A DNA stretch of 64,000 nucleotides from Eledone cirrhosa (Eukaryota): the NCBI GenBank assembly GCA_964016885.1, contig CAXHJY010001609.1, positions 124,001 to 188,000 on the forward strand, written 5' to 3'. The position numbers and the translations under genes were made by a program. This document shows, one piece after another, positions 26,168 through 39,942 of this stretch; the stretch's first letter is position 1; every line of letters begins with the position of its first letter. The notes under the pieces are model-generated. The model worked only from the letters and a program-made list of their open reading frames with translations. It did no database searches and was not told the origin of the DNA.

Positions 26168-26440
26168 ATCATCATCATCCTTTTACATCCGTTTTTCCCT
26201 GCTTGCTAGGGTGGGACGGGAACTGATTCTGGCTTGATTTCTACAGCTGGATGCCCTTCCTAACACCAACCTCATTTACAGTGAGTGCTGGGTGCTTTGT
26301 TTGCCGTGGCACCTCCACGACCAGTTTGCAGTGGAATGATAGGGACCCCATCCCTATCATCTCATTTCTACAGCTGAGTAAACTGGAGCAATGTGAAATA
26401 AAGTGTCTTGCTCAAGGAAACAACACATCACCCGGTCTGA
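26168..26440 (-). mobile_element. SINE family B body joined to an RTE-type 3' tail
   Basis: Reverse complement of most of 44190-44468. Confidence 0.75.
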
Positions 26441-26517
26441 GAATATATATATAATTAAGTAGTGTATATATTATTTCTGTATACACACACACATACAAAT
26501 ATATATGTATGTGTATA

Positions 26518-27633
<1,116 letters not shown>

Positions 27634-27897
27634 TCACCCAATAAAATAATTATTACATATCAACAAAGCAGTCTCTTACATTGTTACTCGATGTGCTAGA
27701 AATAGCAGCCAACTCACTTTTAAACGTTTTACATTAAGAGAATTAGACATGTGGCTGTGTGTAGACATGAAGGGAAGTTAGTGGTTGTTATGAAAGAGGA
27801 TGATAAACAAGACAAATACCAATAATTCTGGTTAGATATAAGTTACTTCACTTCAGCAAAAAGGTAAAAAAATCTGATTACTTCAAATCATAAATAT

Positions 27898-28086
27898 AAT
27901 TGTTTCTACTTTAGGCAAAAGGCCAGCAAATACCCAGTACATTACTGGTACTTTATTTCATCGCCCCCGTAAGGATGAAGAGCAAAGTTAACCGCGGCGG
28001 GATTTGAACTGAGACTCTAAAGGGATGTAACTATGCTAGAAAGCATGGTGTCCAACCCTCTACCGTTGCTGCCAATTCACCACCCT
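27898..28086 (-). mobile_element. tRNA-derived SINE family A
   Basis: Matches 15534-15714; flanked by the direct repeat ATCATAAATATAA (probable TSD). Confidence 0.82.
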
Positions 28087-29324
28087 CATATCATAAATAT
28101 AAAGTTTGATTGTAGTATTTACAAATGAATATAGTGTTGTATAATAAGGCTCCTGTGTTGTACTGGAGAATCTTTGTTTAATATGCTATGTTTGATTAAA
28201 CATTGACAAGTAGTAGTCAGACAGTATGTACCAGTAGATGTAGTAGTAAGCAGTGGCAAGGGAGCTGTGTTGTTTATATGAAGAGGCAGATGACTGAGTT
28301 AGGACCACAGGACAGCCTATTTATAATGACAGCTAGTTATTTTTGATAAATAACAGATGGCCCCAGAATATGTTCTCCTTTGTAGGAATGGTGCTGTAAA
28401 ACCTAGCCTCCAGAAAGTTTATCTGTTGTCTTTTCTACAAAGTCGCAGGTCACTTCGTGGTGGCCATGTCCATAAGAGAACACTGTGGGAAAACATTTCT
28501 TTTACTACACACACACATATATATATTATCATCATCATCGTTTTAATGTCTGCTTACCTTGCTAGTAAGGGATAGATGAGTATAGATAGACTAAGTCAGT
28601 ACTGATTCCCGGCTGCTGACCTTCCAGGATGATTAGGAGTCTGTTATCTCTCTTATGTATGATCTCACCTACTATCAAGTGCACAGGAGAGGTTGTCATG
28701 TCTTTAACTCAAGTGAAGGGTCCTCCCAGCACTGTGTATGGCAAGCTTTCTATGACTGGATACCCTTCCTAGCAACAACTTTATAGCATGTAGTGGGTGT
28801 GTTTATCTTGTAGATCACCAACACGAGGAACATTGTCCTGTCTTTGACACCACTGAAGGGTCCTCTTCACCTGTCTCCTGTCTTTTTCCATGGAGATGAG
28901 AACACCAAAGTGGTGGGGGTGGCACTCACCAATGTCAGAAACGGGGAGGTGTAGTGATGGAGAGAATAGCAGAGTGATAGGGAAGGGGGAATGGTAGCTA
29001 CTAAGGTGTGATAGTGAAGGATTCTAAGGGTTTATAGTGGGGGAGACAGAAGCTAAGAGATAAATATTAGAGGGAGGTGGCTTGGATGGAGTGGGGGTAT
29101 TTTGTGGAGATGAGGAGAGATGCTAGGGAGTACTAGTGGAGGTGGGCATGGATGGAGTACATAACAGTGAGGGGAGTATCTACTAGATTGTGAACTGTGA
29201 GGGATTCTAGAGGTTTTGAAGGGGGCAGCAGATAAGGAGTGGGGGTGGTGTAGTGAGAAATACCTGTTAGGGAGTGCTAGGGAGAGGGAAGATAAGGGGA
29301 TAGGTGAGGCCACAGTGTATACTG

Positions 29325-29815
29325 TTGACCAGGTCTTCACTATCATAACATAGTGCCAGCCCTTGTGGTCCTTTGTCATTTCTGTTGTGAGGTCTTTTAA
29401 GGTCTTCACACACTCATCCCATGTCTTCCTGGGTCTGCCTCTTCCAATGGTCCTAACCACATCAGTTTTTCTCCATTTCTTTATGCAGCTGCTATCTTTC
29501 ATACACATCACATGTCCATACCAACGTAGTCTTCTCTCTAGCACACTACATCTACTTTCTCTCATACCAACTTATTCCCTCAGTTTCCTAATGCTGCTCA
29601 TCCATCAGAGCATACATATATATAACACCAACACCTCCTCTATCTTCTGAGTCTCTATATCTTCTTCTTTACTGTGAAAAGTGTCAAACAAAATATCTCT
29701 AAATGTGTTACTGGCTGAGGGCTCCTTTATCTTCCATATTCTTCTTCTCCAGGTTGCCCTCTGTCTCTGAGTTCCTCTAGTCATAACTATAAAGTCACTA
29801 ACTACTAGGTTACAC
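29325..29815 (-). mobile_element. Rearranged RTE LINE fragments
   Basis: ERRLRWYGHV...GRGRPRKTW next to LVVSDF...WRRRIWK. Confidence 0.75.
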
Positions 29816-30054
29816 ACTCATGTCTCAGGTATGTTTTTACCTTCCTCTATACCCACTCTACTTCTTCACATCAATAGACTACTCCCTTGATTTGTGGTCT
29901 CAGCACCGTAGACTTTCATCATCATAATCATCATCATCACTGTTTAACGTCCATTTTTCCATGCTAGCATGGCTTATATGAGTTGTCCTATTGTGAGACA
30001 ATTCAGATCAGATGACCGTGTCTTGGTTTCCATGACTGGATGCCCTTCATAACG

Positions 30055-30510
30055 CCAACTACTTTACAGTGTGTACTGGGTGCTTTCTGCAGTATCACCA
30101 AAATGACTACTTTACAGTGTGGACTGCGTACTATTTATTGTGGCACCAAAATGACAACTTTACAGTGTGGACTGGGTACTATCATGGCACCAACATGATA
30201 ACATTACAGTGTGGACTGGGTACTATTTATTGTGGCACCAAAATGACTACTTTACAGTGTGGACTGGGTACTATTTATTGTGGCACCAACATGATTACTT
30301 TACAATGTGGACTGGGTACTATTTATTGTGGCACCAAAATGACAATTTTACAGTGTGGACTGGGTACTATTTATTGTGGCACCAAAATGACAACTTTACA
30401 GTGTGGACTGGGTACTATTTATTGTGGCACCAATATGATTACTTTACACTGTGGACTGGGCACTATCATGGCACCTAAATGACTACTTTACAGTGTGGAC
30501 TGAGCACTTT
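30055..30510. repeat. ~48-bp tandem repeat derived from an RTE 3' UTR segment
   Basis: ACTTTACAGTGTGGACTGGGTACTATTTATTGTGGCACCAAAATGACT repeated ~9 times, contiguous with an RTE tail at 29917-30060. Confidence 0.85.
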
Positions 30511-30589
30511 TTGTTCTCCTTCTTGCACTTGCAGTAAAAGCAGGCACGAAATATTACAGCAGATACAGTAAAAGCATCCAAATATAAGA

Positions 30590-31142
30590 ACGTATGACAC
30601 CGGTAAGAGAGGTGAAACATTCCCAACGACACCGAGTACCTGCTGTCTTCATTATAACTTTAATAAATCTAATCATAACTTGTGTAACAATTATATATAT
30701 ATATACACAATTTTAATTCCCCGACATCAGTCTTACACTGTCATATCTATTCTTACTTTACAATTGTGTCTACTAAGAGTTCCATTACAATCTGTAGTAG
30801 TAAAACTACTATTTCACCAGAACATCTGCTATCAGTCATTTATAGACAATATATATATTTTAGACTACATATCAACCTAATATATAGATATTTCTTATCA
30901 AATCTGTGGCTAAAGACATAAAGTCAGCCTCACTACTTCATTCTGGTAAGATATTAATTTATGACTAAAGATGAAGAAGATACACCAACGTTAATGTCGT
31001 GAAATAAAGCTGATAACATTGAAACTTCTAATTTGATAACAAAGAGATTATTTCTTTGGTTAGTAAAACCTAACAACACAACACATTGATTATATCTGAA
31101 GGAGGTCAGTTGACAAAGATTTACTTAATATCTATATTAATG
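30590..31142 (+). repeat. ~550-bp duplicated module, inverted relative to 56172-56731
   Basis: Continuous high similarity; the ORF track gives the same spurious peptide at 30680(+) and 56438(-). Confidence 0.88.
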
Positions 31143-31630
31143 ATAGCCACAAATACTAACTGCTATACTGTACATTAGATAATGTATTCGTAGGTACACT
31201 ATATCTGATAGACACTATACTGTACATTAGATAATGTAGTCCAAGATACACTATGTCTGATAGCCACTATACTGTACATTAGATAATGTAATCCTAGATA
31301 CACTGTCTGATAGCCAATATACTGTACATTAGATAATGTATTCCTAGGTACACTATATCTGTTAGCCACTAAACTGTACATTAGATAATGTAGTCCTAGG
31401 TAAACTATGTCTGATAGCTACTATACTGTACATTATATAATGTAGTCCTAGATACACTATGTCTGATAGCCACTATACTGTACATTAGATAATGTAGTCC
31501 TAGATACACTATGTCTGATAGCCACTATACTGTATATTAGATAATGTAGTCCTAGGTACACTATGTCTGATAGCCACTATACTGTACATTATATAATGTA
31601 GTCCTAGATACACTATGTCTGATAGTCACT
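31141..31630. repeat. 52-bp tandem repeat, ~9 copies
   Basis: TGATAGCCACTATACTGTACATTAGATAATGTAGTCCTAGATACACTATGTC; period 52 (31464 to 31516). Confidence 0.92.
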
Positions 31631-31639
31631 AGTATATAC

Positions 31640-31978
31640 GTAGTTCTCAGGGAGATTCAGCGATATGTATGACAAGGCTTCCCTTTGAAATACTTGTAGA
31701 ACCCATCTTATATTATAATGTGTCTGAGTATTTCATTGACACGTATACCGTTGACATTGTTCTCAGGGAGATTCAGTGTGACAATTCTATGTAACAACGT
31801 TTCCACTATAATTATGGTACAACTTATTATTTTTGCCAGCTGGGTGAAATAAAACAATGAGAAATAATGTGTCTTGTTCAAGGCCCAAACGTAGAGACCG
31901 CCAGGTCTGGGATTCGAACTCACGAACCATAGGTTCGTGAATTACGCGCTATCACCGCCTAAACCCGGTGTCCTCCAC
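31640..31978 (-). mobile_element. tRNA-derived SINE (family B-like)
   Basis: GGGATTCGAACTC reverse box B, GTGTCTTGTTCAAGG core, CTCAGGGAGATTCAG tail repeats. Confidence 0.65.
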
Positions 31979-32470
31979 ACAAAATATACTGGAATGACAA
32001 TGCGGATTCATTCACGAACAAGAATTACAATAAGTCGCTGAGAGTGATCTCCCTTGGCTGACTTTAACATCTTTTCTTCCTCCATTAGAAATTAATTTGT
32101 TTCATGTCCGACTGAAAGACTCTGGAGTTTTTAACTGTCTTGGGTTTAATTAATGAGGAATTTTGAGGTATTTATAACATTTATTGGCACTGTCATGGTA
32201 TTAGCTGTCAGAAGTGAAAGCAGAAGAAGGTGACGTCATTCGTCAACCTTCTCAATCCTTTATTTCCGTATCACTATTCCGTTTATTTATGTTTAGGATT
32301 TTCTAAGAGATACGTTTACGGTGAGATACACTTATTAAAATATATGGGGACCAAATAACCCCGTAATTTTCGAGAGAAACGATAATATACAATTTATTTA
32401 ACATGTGCATTAAAAACTACACTAGCTGTTACAATTATAATTAACGTGTAAGAACTTAAATGAAAATATA

Positions 32471-32493
32471 GGTGGCCCTTAAAAGGGCCGGTG
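32471..32493 (-). promoter_or_regulatory. Histone-type 3' stem-loop motif (minus copy)
   Basis: Minus strand CACC-GGCCCT-TTTA-AGGGCC-ACC. Confidence 0.55.
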
Positions 32494-32540
32494 TTGAAAC
32501 AAGTCATGGTTATCAAATTAGAAAACAAATTTAAGTTCAA

Positions 32541-32563
32541 CACCGGCCCTTTTAAGGGCCACC
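32541..32563 (+). promoter_or_regulatory. Histone-type 3' stem-loop motif (plus copy)
   Basis: CACC-GGCCCT-TTTA-AGGGCC-ACC fits the 6-bp stem/4-nt loop GGYYYT-TTYN-AGRRCC-ACC consensus; no histone CDS adjacent. Confidence 0.55.
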
Positions 32564-33129
32564 TATATTTTCATTTAAGTTCTTACACGTTAATTACAAT
32601 TGTAACAGCTAGTGTAGTTTTTAATGCACACGTTAAATAAGATTGATATCGTTTCTCTCGAAAATTACGGGGTTATTTGGTCCCCCATAAATGAAATCAT
32701 AAACGTAAATAAACGCGTGGTGATACGGAAATAAAGGATTGAGAAGGTTGACGACTGACGTCACCTTCTTTCTGACAGCTAATACCACGACAGTGCCCAA
32801 TTATTAATTATTTCATTACTGAGATATCATTGGAAGGATTTACTAAAGTTTTTAATTATTAATTATTTTATTAGTAACTTAAAAGTTGGAAGATTTTAGG
32901 AAGAAGCTATGTAGCCGGTGCCGGTAAAATAGACTTCCAGGCTATGTAGCCAGTGCCAGTAAAATAGACTCCCAGGCTATGTAGCCAGTAAGAGTGTCAG
33001 ACACCACGTGTTGCGGCCCTTTATGGTCTGAGTTACGACAATTTAAAATCTTTTCCACCATCAATTATTAATAAACAAGTTAAAATCATTTAGTCGTCCA
33101 TTCGTAAAGTACGTTACACTTTAGTTATA

Positions 33130-33600
33130 TATACATCTACTGTGTTACATACACACACATCTACTGTGTTACATACACACACATCTACTGTGTTACATAT
33201 ACACACATCTACTGTGTTACATACACACATCTACTGTGTTACATACACACACATCTACTGTTATATATACACACATCTACTGTGTTACATACACGCACAT
33301 CTACTGTGTTACATACACTCACATCTACTGTGTTATATATACACACATCTAGTGTGTTACATACAAATACATCTACTGTGTTACACACACACACATCTAC
33401 TGAGTTACATACACACATCTATTGAGTTACATACACACATCTACTGAGGTACATACACACATCTACTTGGTTACATACACACACACATCTACTTGGTTAC
33501 ATACACACACACACATCTACTGTGTTACATACACACACATCTACTGGGTTACACACACACACATCTATTGGGTTACACACACACACACATCTCTACTCAT
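33130..33600. repeat. ~21-24-bp minisatellite (CATCTACTGTGTTACATACACACA)
   Basis: Direct reading, ~20 copies. Confidence 0.92.
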
Positions 33601-34472
33601 ACATATTCATAAACAGACACACAATATAAAATAATTATTATATACACACACATCTATGTAATGATTGAGAAAGGAAGGGGCTGGTGAAACGCTATAGCGA
33701 TGTGTGTGTGTTGCATACCTTAAGGTTTACCGGCTTCGTAGCCTATTCGAAGATTTTATTATAATTATGAACCTCGTATTTCAATTAATTATGACTAATT
33801 TTGAGCTATCTCTCACAATTGTTAGTTAATTACTAACATAGTAACTTAACATATGGTTGTTATATAGAATTTCGTTGGAGGACTTTAATTTATATAGGAA
33901 CCATTTCCATAGAACGAGAACCAGTTTTGGCTGGGTTTCTACCAAAAGGGTTAATGGAGAATTTTGAACAATTTACTAAAATTATTAATTATTTCATTAC
34001 TAAGATAATGTGTGAATACACAATTATATGTGTATATATATATAAACAGTATATATATAGTATACACAAGATGTAGTGGGATAATGAGTAGTCTTAAGAC
34101 AAGTCTGTCAAGATAGCTGCACTGTAACTTACACTTATTGGGACTGTGTGTTGGCTAGAAGGCCTGTATTTTGGGACCTAGCTGGTCCATTATGAGGGAG
34201 GTCTGGTTAGTTGGCAGCACCATGCCTTACTTGTGGTATATGTATGTATAGAAATAAGTTATTGTATATGTATAACTGTCCATCTATATGTATATACATG
34301 TACGTTTAAGTATGTGTTTACATACATATATACATTTTCAGATGTATGCACGTAAGAGTATATATATCTTTATATATGTGTATTTATAAATATCTAAACA
34401 GACATATGAGTGTATATATATATAAATATATATATATGTGTTTATATTTATATATCAATCATCTTTTAATAT

Positions 34473-37152
34473 ATCATCATCATCATCATCATCGTTTAAC
34501 GTCCATCTTCCACGCTTGTATGGCTTTGGACGGGAGTTTTCCCACTTGAGGTGTAGCACCCTCCCCCACTGCTGATTTTGTCACCCAGGTAACGGAAGCT
34601 GTCCACTATTTCTATAGAACCATCTGTGCAATGGAATGAGCTAGTATTTTGTGGGCACTTGCTGCTACTTATTGCACCAGAGCACCGGCTACATATAAAA
34701 TCTATGTTCTTGCTCGCATAGGACTGTCTGGCGGGTTTTCTACAGCTGGATGCCTTTCCTAACACCAACCACGTTTGCAGTGTGGACTGGGAGGTTTTTA
34801 CCATGTTACCTACACGGCCATATTACAGCGTGGACTGTGTGTGTTCTTTTGTCGTGACACCTACACGACCTCATTTGTTTCGGACTGGATGTTGTGACAC
34901 CAACATAACTTTACATTGAAAGGGGTGGTGTGGATGGGGTGTGGGTTGTGGGACGGGGGTGTATTTTTGTTAAGAGGTGCCTACTGACTGTAGTAGGTTT
35001 CACTTTGTACTTAGGTAAGGCGGGTCTTCTGTATTACTGTGTAACGCCAAAGATCTCGGTCCAGTGACATTGTCTTGGAGAGGTGTAAGTGTGTGAGGTT
35101 GGAATTTATCAAGTCGTCCCAGGTTTTTCTGGGTCTGCCTACTCCGTGGCTACCGTCTATTTTTATTGCCCTGCACTTTTTTATACAGCTGTTGTCTTTC
35201 ATATGCATCACGTGACCATACCAACGTAGTCTTCTCTCGAGTAAACAACATCTGATCCCTCTTATTTCTAATGTTTCCCTTAGTTCGTTTATGCTTTGCC
35301 GTTCGCGTATATTACTATTACACATCCAGCGGAGCATGCAAGCTTCGTTCCTCTCAAGTCTGCATATATCCTCTGCACACAATGCCCCTGCCATGCAACA
35401 TTGCTGTTCGTATGCAGGCATCATACAGCCTGCCTTTCATTTTTAGGGAGAACCCTTTAGCGGCTAATAGTGGTATAAGCTCTCTGAACTTTTTCCATCC
35501 AGTTCTGAGTCTAGTTACTGTACTTTCAGAGCACCCTCCCCCACTGCTGATTTTGTCACCCAGGTAACGGAAGCTGTCCACTATTTCTATAGAACCATCT
35601 GTGCAATGGAATGAGCTAGTATTTTGTGGGCACTTGCTGCTACTTATTGCACCAGAGCACCGGCCACATATAAAATTTATATTCTTAGTTAGCTTACCTG
35701 TGATCCCACTACATCTTCTATGCACCCATACTTTGCATTTGGGACATAAAATGGAGTTTCTACCTACGCCTTTCCTACACACTGAGCATGGCCATTTCCC
35801 GGATGGGACCGGTGCCCTATTTTCCTTCCTACAAACTAGAACTTTAATCTTAGACAGGTTAATTTTAAGGCCTTTTGAGTCTAGGCCATGCTTCCACGCT
35901 TGGAATTTCTTCTCTAGTTCGGCCATTGATTCAGCTATGAGCGTTAGATCATCTGCGTATAGGAGTTCCCATGGGCAGCCGGTCTTGAACTCCACTGTTA
36001 TATCCTGAAGGGCAATAATAAATAGTAGGGAGCTTAGAACGGAGCCCTGATGAACACCATCTTTTACGCTAAACTCTTCACTATATTCGTTGTTAATTCT
36101 AACCTTGCTGACTGTGTCTTTATACATGGCTTGTATAGCTCTCACAAGTCGTTCGTCAACACCTAGTTTTCTAAGAGCCCACCAGATAATGGAACGGGGG
36201 ACTCTGTCGAAGGCTTTCTCCAAGTCGACAAAAGCTAAGTATAGGGGTTTACTTTTAGCTAGGTACTTCTCCTGTAGTTGTCGTACAATGAAAAGAGCGT
36301 CTGTGGTACTTTTGCCTGACACAAACCCGAACTGCATTTCATCTAGATCAATTCTCTCTCTGATTAGTTGCACTATTACTTTTTCTGTGACCTTCATGAC
36401 CTGGTCGATTAATTTAATGCCTCTATAGTTACTCCTATCTAGGGCATCTCCTTTACCCTTGTAACAGTTAATGATGATGCTGCTACGCCAGTCCTTCGGA
36501 ACAACACCATTCTGTATGACTTGGTTTCCTATCCGTGTGACCATGGTGTGTCCCACCGTTCCAAGGCTTTCAGCATCTCAGCAACTATTTCCGAAAGCCC
36601 AGCCGCCTTACCCGTCTTCATATCTTTGATTGCCTTACTTATTATACTACCTTCGACTAACACTGCTGTTCCCTCTATTGGGTCGATGTGGGGGAGACTG
36701 TCTTTCTCCCATTTATTCTCCTCATTTAGTAGCCTTTCGTAGTGACATTTCCAAGCTACCTTCTTATCAGCGTCAGTGATGGCAAGTACACCATCATCAT
36801 TAAGTACACACTTCTCCCCGACAATATCACGGTTTTCCTTGACACATTGCCTAGCAATCCTGAACACCTCACGATTTTGGTCCTCGCGTTGTAGAATATG
36901 CTTGATCTTTCCATCCTCTGCTTTCCTTTTTCCAAGGTACACTTGTCTCCTAGCTTCCCTCCTGGCCACTTGATAGTCTTCTCTACATCCCCCATCCCGC
37001 CATACATTCCAAGCATGCTTTTTGGCCTTAATTGACTCCTCCACCTTACTGTTCCACCACCATGTTACTCTCCTCCTGCTTATAGATCTGCTCCAGCCAT
37101 AGACTTCATCTGCAGGTTTGCTTTCAGGAATTCCCACTGTTCCTCTATATTG
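34473..37152 (-). mobile_element. RTE LINE, 5'-truncated, RT largely intact (400-aa open stretch 35354-36556)
   Basis: NYRGIKL, QFGF, AFVDLEKAFD, GVHQGSVLS, LLYADD, FRYLG; a few frameshifts; (CAT)n tail. Confidence 0.95.
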
Positions 37153-37239
37153 TACATATATATGTATATATATATATGAATATAGATGTATATATATATA
37201 TGTATATATATATGTATGTATATATGATATATATATGTA

Positions 37240-38098
37240 CATGTGTGGACGATATTTGGTCGCAATTTTCAACTGCTAATTTTATGCCAATTTTTTTTAC
37301 TCCATTGTCACTCTTGTCCTCATAAAAACAGTGACTATATTTCCATTATTTATTTTCAGAATAATTGATTATGAATAATTTTGAACCTCCAAATTTGTGG
37401 AAGAGACACGGAGTTCTTCTTGGAATCAGCGCCGGGAGGACAAATAAGACCAGAATATCAACTCCCAGAACAACAGGTGGCTCGCTGTCTCATCCAAAGA
37501 CGTGCCCAGAGTCATACAGATAAAGTTTCCACCGACAACATTGGTCTTAGGTGTCGTAATGCCACCTGACTGCTTCCCTGAGGGTCTCAAGCTGAACACC
37601 GATGGCTACATTCGCGTTCTGAGCGAGGTAGTAAAGCCCTGGATCGACCAGGTAGCTGCAGGTAGGCCGTACGTGTGGCAGCAAGACTCAGCGCCCTGCC
37701 ATACCAGCCGAAAGATCGAAGCCTGGCTGACAGAACTTCGTTGACCTCACCTCCCCTGACATCTGGCCGCCCAGCTAGTCTGACTGCAATCCTCTCGACT
37801 TCTTTGTGTAGGGCGCAGTGAAACAAGACACCAACAGATCTAGCTGCAATACGAAAGACGATCTGAAGGCCAGGATCACAAGTGCCTTTAGGGGCCTAAG
37901 TCAGGGGACAGTGACGAAGGCCTGTAGCCGGTTTCGAGGCCGTCATCAAAGCCAATGGCAGGTTTATCAAGTGAGATTGAAAGAACAAGTCATGAAGATA
38001 AACTGACCCAAGTTTGATAAATAAATCTTAAAAAACAAAACTACTGTGTTATTATTTCCTAGACAGTAATCTTGCTAATAATTATCGTCCGCACCCTG
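37240..38098 (+). mobile_element. Tc1/mariner superfamily relic, maT (DD37D) type, internally deleted
   Basis: TA-flanked TIRs CA(T/G)G(T/G)(T)G(T/C)GGACGATA; QQDSAPCH...WPPS*SDCNPLD with 37 residues between the Asp residues after repairing one frameshift. Confidence 0.85.
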
Positions 38099-38129
38099 TA
38101 TGTATACATATATAATATATGTATATATA

Positions 38130-39615
38130 AAAAGGGGATGATCTGAAGAGGAGCAATTATAGGGGTATAAAACTGATGGATCGGGTTATGAAAGTGGCAG
38201 AAAGGATATTAGCACAACTAATTAGAGAAAAGGGTCAAACTAGATGAGATGCAGTTTGATTTTGTGCCTGGGAAGAGTACAACAGATGCACTCTTCATGG
38301 TGAGACAATTGCAAGAGAGGTTCTTAAAGAAGAATAAGTCACTATACATAGCCTTTGTTGACCTAGAGAAGGCCTTTGATAGGGTACCCCAATCTGTCAT
38401 CTGGTGGTCCCTAAGGAAACTAGGTGTTGAGGAATGTCTTGTGAGGACAGTGCAAACTATGTACAGAGGTGTTGTCAGTAAAGTCAGGGTAGGAATGGAG
38501 TTTAGTGAGGAATTCCAGATACAAGTAGGAGTACATCAAGGTTCGGTTCTCAGCCTGCTCTTGTTCATTATAGTCCTCCAAGCCATAACAGAGGAGTTTA
38601 AGACTGGCTGTGCATGGGAACTTCTCTATGCTGACGATCTGGTTCTTATAGCAGAATCAGTAGAGAAGATAGAGAATAAATTCTGGCTATGGAAACAGCA
38701 GTTGGAAGCAAGAGGACTGAGAGTGAATCTAGCTAAGACAAAAGTGTTGATGAGTAGAAAAGAGGACAAACTCTGATTCCGTCAGGGAAATGGCCATGTT
38801 CGATATGCAGAAAAGGAACTGGCATAAATTCTATAAAATGCACACAATGCAGATCCTGGGTACACAAGAGATGTAGCGGGATAGCAGGCAAACTAACAGG
38901 TAGGGAGAAATATGTATGCAGTAGATGTACAGGGAAATTAGACAGTAGAAGTCGCATTGATAGACACATTTTTCAAATGCAGGAAGGCGCTATAGAAGTG
39001 GTGGTTAGCTTCCGGTACCTAAGAGATCAGATTAACATGGGATGAGGCTGTTCCGAGGCCATAGTGTCGAGAATAAGGATGGGTTGGAAGAAGTTTAGGT
39101 AGATGCTTCCTCTGCTGACGAAGAAGGGTTTCTCCCTGCGTACGAAAGGCCGGTTGTATGATGCCTGTGTGAGGAGCGCGATGCTGCATGGTAGTGAGAC
39201 ATGGGCAGCAACTGCAGAGGATATGTGACCGCTGGAGAGAAATGAGGCAAGCATGCTCCGTTGGATGTGCAGTGTAAATGTGCGTGAACGACTCAGCATG
39301 AATGTGTTGAGAGAGAAACTGTGTCTGAGAGGAATAGAATTTAGTGTACGGGAGAGGAGACTGAGGTGGGATGGACATGTGATGCGCATGGAGGATGACC
39401 GATGGGTGAAGAAGTGCCAGGAAATGCCAGTTGAAGGAAGACGTGGTAGAGGTAGACCACGAAAAACATGGGCGGAGGTGGTGAGAACAGACCTCAGATG
39501 ATTGAAGCTCACGGTGGAGACGACGAAGGACCGTGACGAGTGGAGAGATGCTGTGCTGAATAAGATCCGTCCCACCCTTACAAGCAGGGAAAAGCGAACG
39601 TAAAATGATGATGAT
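38130..39615 (+). mobile_element. RTE LINE, RT-to-3' end
   Basis: AFVDLEKAFD, GVHQGSVLS, LLYADD, GRGRPRKTW, ATGATG tail. Confidence 0.92.
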
Positions 39616-39629
39616 ATATATATATATAA

Positions 39630-39850
39630 TCATCATCACTGTTTTACGTCCATTCTTCTATGCTAGCATGGGTTAGACGGGTTGTCCTGTTGTGGGCAGT
39701 GTCCGGTTGGTTGACCTTGTCTTGCTCATACGGGAACTGATTCTGCCTTGATTTCTACAGCTGGATACCCTTCCTAACACCAACCTTATTTACACTGAGA
39801 GCTGGGTACTTTTCTTCCGTGGTGCCTACATGTCCACTTTATAGTATGGG
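39630..39850 (-). mobile_element. RTE LINE 3' UTR fragment
   Basis: Reverse complement of 42180-42418-type tail. Confidence 0.7.
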
Positions 39851-39895
39851 TTGATATATATATAATATATATATATTATATATAATATATATATA

Positions 39896-39931
<36 letters not shown>

Positions 39932-39942
39932 TATTTCATATA

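Larger units (their letters stand above)
32186..32797. repeat. Long imperfect palindrome (arms 32186-32498 and 32536-32797)
   Basis: Arms are reverse complements with several indels; ~37-bp spacer. Confidence 0.9.
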
